Source: an uncultured Acidimicrobiales bacterium (lineage in GTDB: Bacteria > Actinomycetota > Acidimicrobiia > Acidimicrobiales > SZUA-35). From it: 64,000 nt of DNA. The position numbers and the translations under genes are program-made. The notes below the pieces were generated by a model. It was not told where the DNA came from. It searched no databases and saw only the letters and a program-made list of their open reading frames with translations. The stretch lies in the NCBI GenBank assembly GCA_963723995.1, contig CAVRSZ010000001.1, positions 1,581,410 to 1,645,409 of the forward strand, given 5' to 3'. Shown here one piece after another: positions 25,076-33,800 of the stretch; the first letter of the stretch is position 1; each line of letters begins with the position of its first letter.

Positions 25076-25738
25076 TTACGGGTTGTTGGTGGTCTGCTCG
25101 GCGTCGAAGGTGAAGGTGGCCGTGGACGACAACCCCTGCACGGCATTCGATGCGGTGTTGGGTAGGGTCACGTTGAAGCAGAGGTTCTCGTTGGCGGTGG
25201 CCGCCAACACCCGGTCACCGGCCTGAGCCCCCTGGGTGGGGTCGCCGACGACATTGGCCGTACCGACGCTGCCGAGAATGCCGGCGTAGATCACCGAGCC
25301 GTCAGCCTGCCAGTTGGCGTCGTCGCAGGTGGTGACACCGGACTTGACCGTCAACACCAGCTCACCGGCCAGGGTGTCCTCGGTGGTGGTCGAGGTCATC
25401 GAGTACCGGAATTCGAGGCTGCCACTGTTCGACACGTTGATCGGGGCCGTGGCCTGATCACCGGGGACCATGTCGGTGGCGGTGACCACCGCCGTGGCCG
25501 GGGCCGCCACCAGGTCGATCGAGCCGGTGGAAAAGGCGTTGGCTCCCACCGCCTGCTGGTCGGTGAACAGCGCCAGCGACGACACGGTGAAGATGCCGCC
25601 GGCCAGGGCCAGGACGGCCAGGCTGGCCAGGATCCTGGTACCGGTTCGCTGCGGTCGGCCCGCCTCCTCATCGTGATCGGCACTCGGCAGCTGAGAGCCG
25701 TCGTTGTCAAGTTCGGGGGGTTGTGTTGTTGGTTTCAT
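25076..25738 (-). CDS. TasA/camelysin-like secreted protein with SipW-type signal peptide (paralogue 4)
   Basis: 220 aa, with 24 differences from the 14509..15171 product, half of them in the first 27 residues. It has the same LALFTDQQAVGANAFSTGSIDL motif. AGGAG lies upstream of the ATG. Confidence 0.8.
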   Translation of the reverse strand: MKPTTQPPELDNDGSQLPSADHDEEAGRPQRTGTRILASLAVLALAGGIFTVSSLALFTDQQAVGANAFSTGSIDLVAAPATAVVTATDMVPGDQATAPINVSNSGSLEFRYSMTSTTTEDTLAGELVLTVKSGVTTCDDANWQADGSVIYAGILGSVGTANVVGDPTQGAQAGDRVLAATANENLCFNVTLPNTASNAVQGLSSTATFTFDAEQTTNNP

Positions 25739-25804
25739 GGTGGGTCTCCTGATATTTCTCTCAATCGATTAATCGGCCGGTGATGGCCAATTTCCTAACT
25801 ATTG

Positions 25805-25815
25805 GGTGAGCTTGC
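25805..25815 (-). promoter_or_regulatory. Conserved 11-nt motif GCAAGCTCACC (minus strand) 67-77 nt upstream of the TasA-like start
   Basis: Identical to 15237..15247 at the same spacing. It lies in the 176-nt gap, the only sizeable gap between 37473 and 24869. Confidence 0.35.
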
Positions 25816-25914
25816 TTCGAAGCGCTGGGCCGCCGGAATCGGGGGATTCGGCCCGGGCCGGACGACCCATTGACCGGCGGCTCGCCGCACTCTGTCATTG
25901 GTTCGGTCATGGGG

Positions 25915-27744
25915 TCATGGCGCCCCCAGGAAGGTGAGGTCGGCGTCGGGTCCGAACGTCCCGGGCCGGTCCTGCTGGTCGACGGCGGTTGGATTGCCGT
26001 AGTAGAGGAACAATTCGGTGTCCGTGACCGAGGAGATCGCCGGAACCCGAACCCAGGCCCGGACCGAGCCGGTGGCCGGGTTGTAGCTCTCGATGGTGTG
26101 ATCCAGCCGGGTCACACCATCGGCGGCGGTGATCACCAGGTCGTCCCCGTCGGCCTGGGCTCCGGCCTGGACGTCGGTGTCATCAATGGCCAGATAGAGC
26201 ACGAAGTCGGTGACGTCGGCGTCGACCCGGTCGGCGTCGACCACGATCGGTTTGCGGTAGGCCCAGGTTCCGGCATCGAGCCAGGTTCCGACTTCGACCG
26301 GACCGGCCACGGTGAAGGAGGCAGGGGTGTCGTGGTTGGCCACCTCGGCCGCCAGCCACTCCGGCGACCGCACTGCGGTGACCAGCCGAACCTCGTCGAG
26401 CACGCCGTTGAAGGGGTCGGCCCCACCGGGAGCGGCCCCGATGGCCGTGGCGTCGGTGCTGGCAGGCAGGAGCCCGGCGGCCGGCTGCTGGGCCACCTGG
26501 ACACCATCGATGTAGAGCCGGATGACGGTGCCGTTCCAGGTGGCGGCAAGATGATGCCAGGTCCCGGCGGTGACGGTACCGCCCGACACCGTGACCGGAC
26601 CGTCGGCCGTGGTGTTGACGGTGGCCGAGGCCGTGCCCCCGGCGGCCACCGAGAGATCGAACCAGGTGGCCGCCCCTCGCTTGGTCACCACCACCGAATC
26701 GGCGACCACCGAATCGGCGACCACCCAGGCCGACATGGTCAACGAGCCTCGGCCCCCGAAGTCGACCGAGTCGACCGAGGCCCAGTCGTCGGAGCCGTCA
26801 AAGTCAAGGCCGTAGCCGATCCGTCCGGCAACGAGATCACCGGCCGTCATCGACCCCTGGCTCAGGCCGTCGAGATTGTTGATGGTGGAGTCGTCGATCT
26901 GGGGGGCGGTGCCGGCCGGATCTCGGGCCAGGTGCCACACCCCGGCCGCCTGCGGGGTCCACGTGGCTCTCACATCCTGCTGATCGGGAGCGTCGGCCGC
27001 CCCGAACACCAGGTAGACGGTGGTGTCGACCGACGACGACAGCACCGGCACCCGAACCCAGGTCTGCAACTCACCGGTGCCGGCGTCGAACCGTTCGATC
27101 TCGTGATCGAGCGGTGTCGTGCCGTCGGCGGCCACGAAACGGATGTCGGAGCCATCGGGCTGGGCCTGTACGGCGAGCGAACCATCGGTGATCGACACCA
27201 ACAAGGGGTAGTCGGCGAGATCGGCCTCCACCTGGGCGGCAGGCACCGTGATCGGAATACGACGGGTCCACGGGTCGGCCGAATACCAGGCGGTTCCGGC
27301 CGTACGGTCCTCGAAGTCGCCCAGGGTTCCGGAGTCGAAGTTCTCGGTGAGCAGGAACACGTTCTCGGGATCGTCGAGCACCGGAGCCGGGGAAGGATGA
27401 CCGAAGTACAGCCAGTAGCTGCTGATGCCCTCGGCCTCGATACCGGCCATCAGTCCGGAACAGGATGGTGGTGTCGGTCTGACCCCAGCCCGAGCCATCC
27501 TGCAGGACCCGGTCGAGTTCGATCCAGGCGGTCCCGTCCCAGCGCAGCACCCGAACGTCGGAGCCGTCGCCGACAGCGGCCCCGATGGCGACCAGGGCAT
27601 CGTGGTCGAAGGTGACGGGAACCGTGTAGCCGTTGGGAGCGGCTGCGGTGGAGGTCTCCACGTCGATGCGTTGGCGGAACAGATAGTTCGAGTCCCACCA
27701 CCCTGGGCCGGCCCATTCGATGACCTGCCAGGCGAAGGAGGCAT
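25915..27744 (-). CDS. C-terminal continuation: DUF2341 - LamG/ConA-like - DUF2341
   Basis: In frame from ~27455. Contains WTRRIPITVPAAQVEADLADYPLLVSI...DGSDIRFVAADGTTPLDHEIERFD...TWVRVPVLSS...VYLVFG (DUF2341-like), TAGTWHHLAATWNGTVIRLYIDGVQV (LamG), and a second YRKPIVVDADRV...DFVLYLAI...DHTIESYN...AWVRVPAISS...LFLYYGN. Confidence 0.65.
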   Translation of the reverse strand: MPPSPGRSSNGPAQGGGTRTICSANASTWRPPPQPLPTATRFPSPSTTMPWSPSGPLSATAPTFGCCAGTGPPGSNSTGSCRMARAGVRPTPPSCSGLMAGIEAEGISSYWLYFGHPSPAPVLDDPENVFLLTENFDSGTLGDFEDRTAGTAWYSADPWTRRIPITVPAAQVEADLADYPLLVSITDGSLAVQAQPDGSDIRFVAADGTTPLDHEIERFDAGTGELQTWVRVPVLSSSVDTTVYLVFGAADAPDQQDVRATWTPQAAGVWHLARDPAGTAPQIDDSTINNLDGLSQGSMTAGDLVAGRIGYGLDFDGSDDWASVDSVDFGGRGSLTMSAWVVADSVVADSVVVTKRGAATWFDLSVAAGGTASATVNTTADGPVTVSGGTVTAGTWHHLAATWNGTVIRLYIDGVQVAQQPAAGLLPASTDATAIGAAPGGADPFNGVLDEVRLVTAVRSPEWLAAEVANHDTPASFTVAGPVEVGTWLDAGTWAYRKPIVVDADRVDADVTDFVLYLAIDDTDVQAGAQADGDDLVITAADGVTRLDHTIESYNPATGSVRAWVRVPAISSVTDTELFLYYGNPTAVDQQDRPGTFGPDADLTFLGAP

Positions 27745-29548
27745 TCGACGCCATCACCGCCCGCTCGGCCGTGACCGTGGTCCCGTCGGTGATCTCGAAG
27801 GTGGCGGCCGCCTCACCCACCACGTCGTCGGCCACGTGGTCGGTGCGGCCACCGGCCACCGGGCCGGGCACGGCGACGGTGGAGATGGCGGTGGACCTGG
27901 AGGGGTCGAACGGTTCGACGGCGATCGGCTTCGACGACTCGCCGACGGCGAAGTCGACGACGCCATGCCGGACGGTGGTACCGTCCCGCAGATCGACCAC
28001 CTGCACCCGGACATCGAGCGGATCGCCGGCCACCGATCGGGTCACCTCGACGGTGCTGGAATCGGTCAGCCGGGCTCGGACCAGGCGCTCGCCGATATCG
28101 GCTCCCGTCGAGGCCGAGGTGACCGAGGCCAGCAGGAAGGTGTTGCCGGCTCGAACCGGCGAGCTCAGGACCCCGGAGTTGGCCGTGGCTCCCGAACCGA
28201 GGGAGACGTCAATGGTCTGAACCACGGCATCGGCCGGATCGGCGAAGGTCACCACCTGCCAGGCGAACGAGCGATCGGCGCCCAGGGCGGCCCCGGCCGA
28301 CTCGATGGTCAGATCGGACCCGGTGCCGAGATCGGCCCGGACCAGATCGTCGTACTCGAAGTCGCTGGAGGTCGCCGGGGGCGCGGTGCTCACGGTGACG
28401 AAACTGGCGGTGGGGTCCACGGCAGTCAAGGGCACCGTGACCGAGGGGGCGCCGGTGCCGCTGACCACGCCCCGCTGGACCGACACCCCACAGCCGTATT
28501 CGACCACCGACCACGCCACCACCACCGGCGGCGGTGAGCCGTTGTCGGTGTTGCGCACGATCTCGACCGCCGAGCCGTCGCCGGCCAATTGAACCTGGGC
28601 CGTGCCGTCGGCCGGCTCGTTGCCGCTGCTACGGACCGAGGCGAGCACGAACGACGTCGCCGCATCGACTGCAGTGATGGGCACGGTCACCGTTCCGGTC
28701 ACGGCATGAATCGATTCGCCGTCCTGGACCGAGGCCAGTTGCGGATCGAAACAGTCGGCCGAACCGAAGACGTTGTCGGGGACGGCCTCGGTGGTGGTGA
28801 ACAAGGCCCACGCCACACCTAGTCCGGCCATGGTCAACATCGGGGCCACGCCGAGGGTGGCCAAGCGTCGACGCCGCCGGCCACGGCCGGAGCCTCGGAC
28901 ACGACGACCGAGCCGGGAGGCACCGTCATCGACCCTGTTCCTTGGGCTCGTCGAACCGGCAGGCGACGCACCGACCGGGGAGGCCGACGAGCCGGTCCAG
29001 ATCCAGCGCAGAGCCTGGAACGTGAGCACAATGGTGGCCAGTGCCACCAAGGCCAGTGCCGGCCCGGGCTGGAACACGGTCATGACCCAACCCCCGAGGC
29101 GGGGGTAGATCCAGCGACCAACCAGCTCCTGGCCACCGTCGAGCGGGTAGGGGGCGGCGTCAGGGGCCTCGTTGGCGTCGCCCTGGGTAATGGCGAAGCG
29201 AGAACCACCGTTGGCCTCGATCTCGATCACCCGGTGGGTGATGGGGGCCTCCCCGGGCCGCCTCATGACCAGGATGTCCCCGACGGCCACGGCGCCGGCC
29301 TGACGGGGTTCGGCCACGATCAGGCTCCGAGGGGGTGCGGTCTCGCCCATCGATCCGGTGAGGATGACCACCGGACGGTAGCCGGCGATGAGACCACCCA
29401 CGACGGCGCCGGTGCCCAGGATCGTCGCCACCGAGACCGCGACCAGCAGCCACGACATGACTCGGCGGAGCGGGCTCCGCTTGGCTGTCCGGCGCCCGGC
29501 CGGAGCGGTGTTCCCGCCCGATGTCGTTCGCCTTCGACCCGTTCTCAT
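27071..29548 (-). CDS. Signal peptidase I (ER/SipW type) + passenger, N-terminal two thirds
   Basis: A TM segment (SWLLVAVSVATILGTGAVVGGLIAG) is followed by the SPase boxes VVILTGSMGE (Ser), APITHRV (His) and ITQGDANEAPD. A second TM follows, then an internal signal-like RRRRRLATLGVAPMLTMAGLGVAWALFTTTEAVPDNVFGS (28759..28900). After that come repeated ~110-aa beta-rich units (...SFAWQVV... appears twice). Confidence 0.7.
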   Translation of the reverse strand: MRTGRRRTTSGGNTAPAGRRTAKRSPLRRVMSWLLVAVSVATILGTGAVVGGLIAGYRPVVILTGSMGETAPPRSLIVAEPRQAGAVAVGDILVMRRPGEAPITHRVIEIEANGGSRFAITQGDANEAPDAAPYPLDGGQELVGRWIYPRLGGWVMTVFQPGPALALVALATIVLTFQALRWIWTGSSASPVGASPAGSTSPRNRVDDGASRLGRRVRGSGRGRRRRRLATLGVAPMLTMAGLGVAWALFTTTEAVPDNVFGSADCFDPQLASVQDGESIHAVTGTVTVPITAVDAATSFVLASVRSSGNEPADGTAQVQLAGDGSAVEIVRNTDNGSPPPVVVAWSVVEYGCGVSVQRGVVSGTGAPSVTVPLTAVDPTASFVTVSTAPPATSSDFEYDDLVRADLGTGSDLTIESAGAALGADRSFAWQVVTFADPADAVVQTIDVSLGSGATANSGVLSSPVRAGNTFLLASVTSASTGADIGERLVRARLTDSSTVEVTRSVAGDPLDVRVQVVDLRDGTTVRHGVVDFAVGESSKPIAVEPFDPSRSTAISTVAVPGPVAGGRTDHVADDVVGEAAATFEITDGTTVTAERAVMASNASFAWQVIEWAGPGWWDSNYLFRQRIDVETSTAAAPNGYTVPVTFDHDALVAIGAAVGDGSDVRVLRWDGTAWIELDRVLQDGSGWGQTDTTILFRTDGRYRGRGHQQLLAVLRSSFPGSGARRSRERVPAHRELRLRNPGRLRGPYGRNRLVFGRPVDPSYSDHGACRPGGGRSRRLPLVGVDHRWFARRTGPARWLRHPFRGRRRHDTARSRDRTVRRRHR

Positions 29549-30264
29549 TCCTCGACCTCCAGGTTGGAACCGTTGACGACCGCGTCGGACCGAGTCGCGG
29601 CCGGCGAGTGTTGGGCGAAGACGACCAGCTCGATGTCGAGCCGGGCGTCCTGGGTCTCGTTGGGGGCGGACAGCGGCAACCGGGCTCCAAGACACACCAT
29701 GGTCGACTGGTCGGGCTCCAGCCGCAGTCCCGGTGTGTCGGTCCCGGGTCGACCGAGGATGGGAACCTCATCGCCACCGAGGATGAGGTTGGTGATGTAG
29801 ACCTCATCGGCGGCGGCAATGCCGTCGCGGCATCGTTCGGCTCGCCAGACGTCGTACAGCAACCAGTCGGCCAGCGGCGACGAGGCCGGGGAGGCCGACG
29901 CCGTCATCCAGTATCGGATGGGAAGCGTGCCGGTGTTGCCCACGGCCAGTGCCCCGGTGACCGAGTCGCCCGGTGCCATGTTGGTGGCCGAGAACGGCTG
30001 GGGTGCACTCGGCGTGGTGGGACGTCCATTCAGCACGGAGATGCCATCGACATCGACGGCCTCGCTGACGGCCAGCTCCACCGATCCGGCACCGAGCCGG
30101 TTCCCGGTGAACTCCTCCCGGTCGGCAAAGTTGGCGTCCGACGACAAGGCGCATCGGCTGAGCAACCAGGGCAGGGCCACCACCGCCAGCACCACCAGGA
30201 CGGACACCGAGGGTGACATGCGGACACGGCGAAACGATGTCGGTTCGATCTCGGAACCGGTCAT
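29545..30264 (-). CDS. TasA/camelysin-like secreted protein (paralogue 3, divergent)
   Basis: 239 aa. The hydrophobic segment VSVLVVLAVVALPWLL is followed by SSDANFADREEFTGNRLGAGSVELAV and NMAPGDSVTGALAVGNTGTL. There are ATGA overlaps at both ends. Confidence 0.65.
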   Translation of the reverse strand: MTGSEIEPTSFRRVRMSPSVSVLVVLAVVALPWLLSRCALSSDANFADREEFTGNRLGAGSVELAVSEAVDVDGISVLNGRPTTPSAPQPFSATNMAPGDSVTGALAVGNTGTLPIRYWMTASASPASSPLADWLLYDVWRAERCRDGIAAADEVYITNLILGGDEVPILGRPGTDTPGLRLEPDQSTMVCLGARLPLSAPNETQDARLDIELVVFAQHSPAATRSDAVVNGSNLEVEE

Positions 30265-30869
30265 GCCGGCTTCACCTCCCAGATGAACCCGACGCTGGCG
30301 GCGCGCCCCAGCGCCTCCTCTCGATCCTGGAGGGCGAACCGGACCCGGTAGGTGCGGGAGTCACCCTGATTGAAGAATCGCTCCAGCTCGAGCCGGTTCC
30401 GGTCCAGTTCGTCCAGCGTGCCGTCGAACACCAGCCCGGAGGACACAAAGCCGTCGCAGTCACCGAAACCCCCCGATGGCCCCCGCTCGATGAGCACATC
30501 GAGAAATGGGGCGAGATCGCCGGTGATCTCGGCCTTCATGGTCAGATCGACCGGCACGATGGTTCCGCCGTAGGAGATGTTGATGCACTCCTCGTTGGCT
30601 CGACCGGGAGCCATATCGGTCAGATCGAACAGCGAGCTGCCGTTGTCGTCGTCGGACAGTTCGATGGTCCCCGACGTCACCTCCGATGCGGTCGTGGTGC
30701 CCTGAATGTCCAGGGCCTCGCCCGAACGGCTGATGACGAAGGTGGCGATGAGCAGGGCGGAAAGGGCGGCGGCGAACGCCCGGGCCGTGCCCTGATTGAC
30801 CCAGGTTCCCTGGGCCTCATCCTCCACATCGTTGGATCGGAGGTCTTCGAGGGTCAACGGACGAGCCAC
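30261..30869 (-). CDS. TasA/camelysin-like secreted protein (paralogue 2, divergent)
   Basis: 202 aa. The hydrophobic segment FAAALSALLIATFVI is followed by TTTASEVTSGTIELSD and DMAPGRANEECINISYGG. A GTG start lies 7 nt after an AGGAG that spans the upstream stop codon. Confidence 0.6.
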   Translation of the reverse strand: MARPLTLEDLRSNDVEDEAQGTWVNQGTARAFAAALSALLIATFVISRSGEALDIQGTTTASEVTSGTIELSDDDNGSSLFDLTDMAPGRANEECINISYGGTIVPVDLTMKAEITGDLAPFLDVLIERGPSGGFGDCDGFVSSGLVFDGTLDELDRNRLELERFFNQGDSRTYRVRFALQDREEALGRAASVGFIWEVKPA

Positions 30870-30878
30870 GGTGTACTC

Positions 30879-33800
30879 CTAGTGCGGCGAGACGGTGCTG
30901 GCCGCCGCAAGCTTGGCCTCCGGCGCCGGCGGTATCGGAGGACGGGCCGACCGGGCGATGTTTTCCCGAGCCAGGAGATCGGCCAGCTCGGCGGAGGTCA
31001 TGGGCCGATACAGGCCGTAGCCCTGCAGCAGGTCGGCACCGGCAGCCATGACCGCCGTTTTGTGACCTTCGGTCTCGACCCCTTCGGCCACCACCTCGAA
31101 ACCGAGGTTGTGGCCCAGTTCGACGACCGAGTTCAAGATGATGCGGTCCGAGTCGCTGGTGCAGGCCTGATGGACCAGCATTCGATCGAGCTTCAGCTGG
31201 CGAATGGGGAGACGACGGAGGTGACCGAGTGAGGTCCGCCCCTCGCCGAAGTCGTCCAACGACAAACCCACGCCCAGCCTGACCAGTTCGGTCACCACCT
31301 GTTCCAGGTCGTCGCCCGATGCCACGATGCGCTCACTGAGCTCCACCACCACCTGGCTTGGCCGAACCCCGGTCAGCAGCAGGGCATCGCCCAGGTTGGG
31401 AATCAGCGTCGGCGACGACAGTTCGGCCGGTGAGGCGTTGATGGCCAGCGTGAACGGTCGCTCACCGGAGATCGGCCAACGGCTCATTTCACCCAGCGCG
31501 GTGTGGACGATCCAGCCGTTCAGTTCACTGACCAGATCGGCCTGCTCGGCCATCTGCAGCGCCATGCCCGGTCCGAGCGCACCCAACTCGGGGTGATTCC
31601 ACCGGAGGAGAACCTCGGCACCCATGATGCGGTGACCGACGGTCGAGACCAGGGGTTGGAACACCAGGTCGAGGCCGTCGTGTTCGAGAGCCCGCTTGAA
31701 CTCGCCGACCAGGCGGCCCCGGCGGGGTTCGGCCAGGTCGAGATCGGCGTGATAATAGGAAACCCGGCGGGACGACGACGACTGCTTGGCTGCGTACATG
31801 GCGGCATCGGCCCGTCGCAACCACTCGCTGGAATCGACGCCGTCCTCGTGGAAGGCGATGCCGATACTGGCACCGACCACCACCGTGTCCTGATCGAGTT
31901 CGATCGGTTCGGCCAGCGCGGCGTGAATGGCGCTGGCCACGTTCGAGGCATCACCGCCCCGGCACCGTGGCAACAGCACGGTGAACTCGTCCCCGCCGAG
32001 GCGGGCCACCAGACCAAAGGAATCGGCGACGGTCTGCAACCGCGTGGCCACCACCTTGAGCAGTTCGTCGCCGGCATCGTGACCAAGGGTGTCGTTGACC
32101 GGCTTGAACCCGTTGAGATCGAGGAACAGCACGGCCATCATGTCATCCGGACCCCGTTCGGCCATCGCTTCGGGCTCCAACTCCCGGCTGAGCTCCCGAA
32201 GGAAGTAGGCCCGGTTGGGCAGGCGGGTCAGGGCGTCATGCAGGGCCTGGTGTTCGAGTTCGGAATGCAGGTCCTTCAGCTCGTTGACCAGATCCCGGTT
32301 CTGGAGGGCAACGGTGGCCTGGCCGCACAGCAGTCGAAGGGCCTCGACCGGTCCGGCGTCGAAGGGACGGCCCACGAAGTTGGCACCTCGGAGCACGATC
32401 AGGGTCTCGTCGGTGGAAAGGGTGATGCGAACCAGGGCGTCCAGGCCGGCCTCGAACAGACCCTCGACCTCCTGTCCGTCGCCGTCGCTGCCGTCGACCA
32501 ACACCTCGGGGTGGGGCAGATCGACCATGCGCAGCCCGCTGGCGGGCTGCCCGGGCTGGGGCAGATGCCGGGCATACAGTTCCTCGGATACTTCGATTCG
32601 GGTCCAGCCGCCGGTCGGGGTACGGGCCCATGCATCAACGACGTCGAACCCGAGGCTTGCCGCCGATTTGGTCAGGGTCTCGAACAGGGCCGTTCCGATC
32701 CTGGTCACTTCGAATCCCAGCTCGGCCACGTTCTCGAGCAGGCGTCCCCGGGCCACGGCATCAACGGTGGCCCGACGCTGCAGGATGACATCGCCCAGAA
32801 GCTGCTCGGCCAGGAAGGCACCGGGAATGACCACCAGCAACAGCACACTCATCTGATCCAGGAGCTGCTCCAGTTCACCGATCAGCTGGTTCGAGGGGCT
32901 GTCGATACTGTTGAGAATCCAGACCCGTCCAAGAATGGTGAGCACCGCCATCAGCATCCAGTGGACGAGGGCTCCGGCCAGGCGGTATCGGACCGCGGCC
33001 TCCACGATGGGAAGTGCGGTCAGCACCCAACCGATGCCGGAACCGCCGGTGGCGGTGGTCAACAGCACCACCAGCAGGGTGTCGGCCACCAACTGAAACA
33101 GACCGACCCATTGGCTCTCCCCTACCTGATCGAGCCGACCCGAGACCACATTGGTTCCGGCCAACCACAGCAGCGAGAGCGCCAGAAGCTGGGCCGGCCC
33201 GATGTTGACGGCCTCGATGACGAAGCGGCTGCCATCGATGGCGTACTGACCGGTGATCATGACCGCGATCAGGATGCGGACCCGTCGAACAGCCTGATCG
33301 GCCAGAGTCGAGGTGCGCTCGTTCAGCAGGGCCTTGATCCGCCGCTTGCGACTACTGAGATCCCGAACGGCGATGCCGATGGCGGCCAACGACAGCACGG
33401 CGAAGGCGCCAAGTGACACCAGGTCGGCCCGGCCCAACCAGACCGCGGGAAGCCCGATAAGGGGGATGACGAGTCGGGCCGCACCAATGACCGAGGCGGC
33501 GGGAACAAGGTCGGTATCGGGTGTGGGATTGGCGTCGCCCTTGGTGACATAGGCCTCTTTCTCCTCCAACACCTCGAAGACCCGGTGCGTGATGATGTCA
33601 CCGTCACGGTCGAAGGTGATCACCGATCGCTGGCCCAGGAGCTCATCCGGTCGATCCTCGATCATCACCACATCGCCGGGGCGCAGCACCGGGGCCATCG
33701 AGCCGGAGACGATCACCACCGGATTCCAGCCGGCGCCCAGGGTCACGATGACCACCCATAGCCCGAGCATGCCGGCCAGGTAGAGGTAGATCCACGAGAT

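Larger units (their letters stand above)
25915..29548 (-). pseudogene. SipW/archaeal-type signal peptidase I fused to a ~1000-aa passenger (repeat-rich region, DUF2341-LamG-DUF2341); one frameshift near 27455
   Basis: The ATG at 29548 overlaps the upstream stop (ATGA). ORF 27071..29695 ends ...GWGQTDTTILFR, and the sequence continues ...LMAGIEAEGISSYWLYFG in ORF 25915..27744. Confidence 0.6.

Noticed and set aside
29549-29695. Upstream extension of the second signal peptidase ORF (start at 29695).
   Set aside because: It would overlap the preceding TasA-like gene by 150 nt. The ATG at 29548 gives the ATGA coupling seen throughout the operon.
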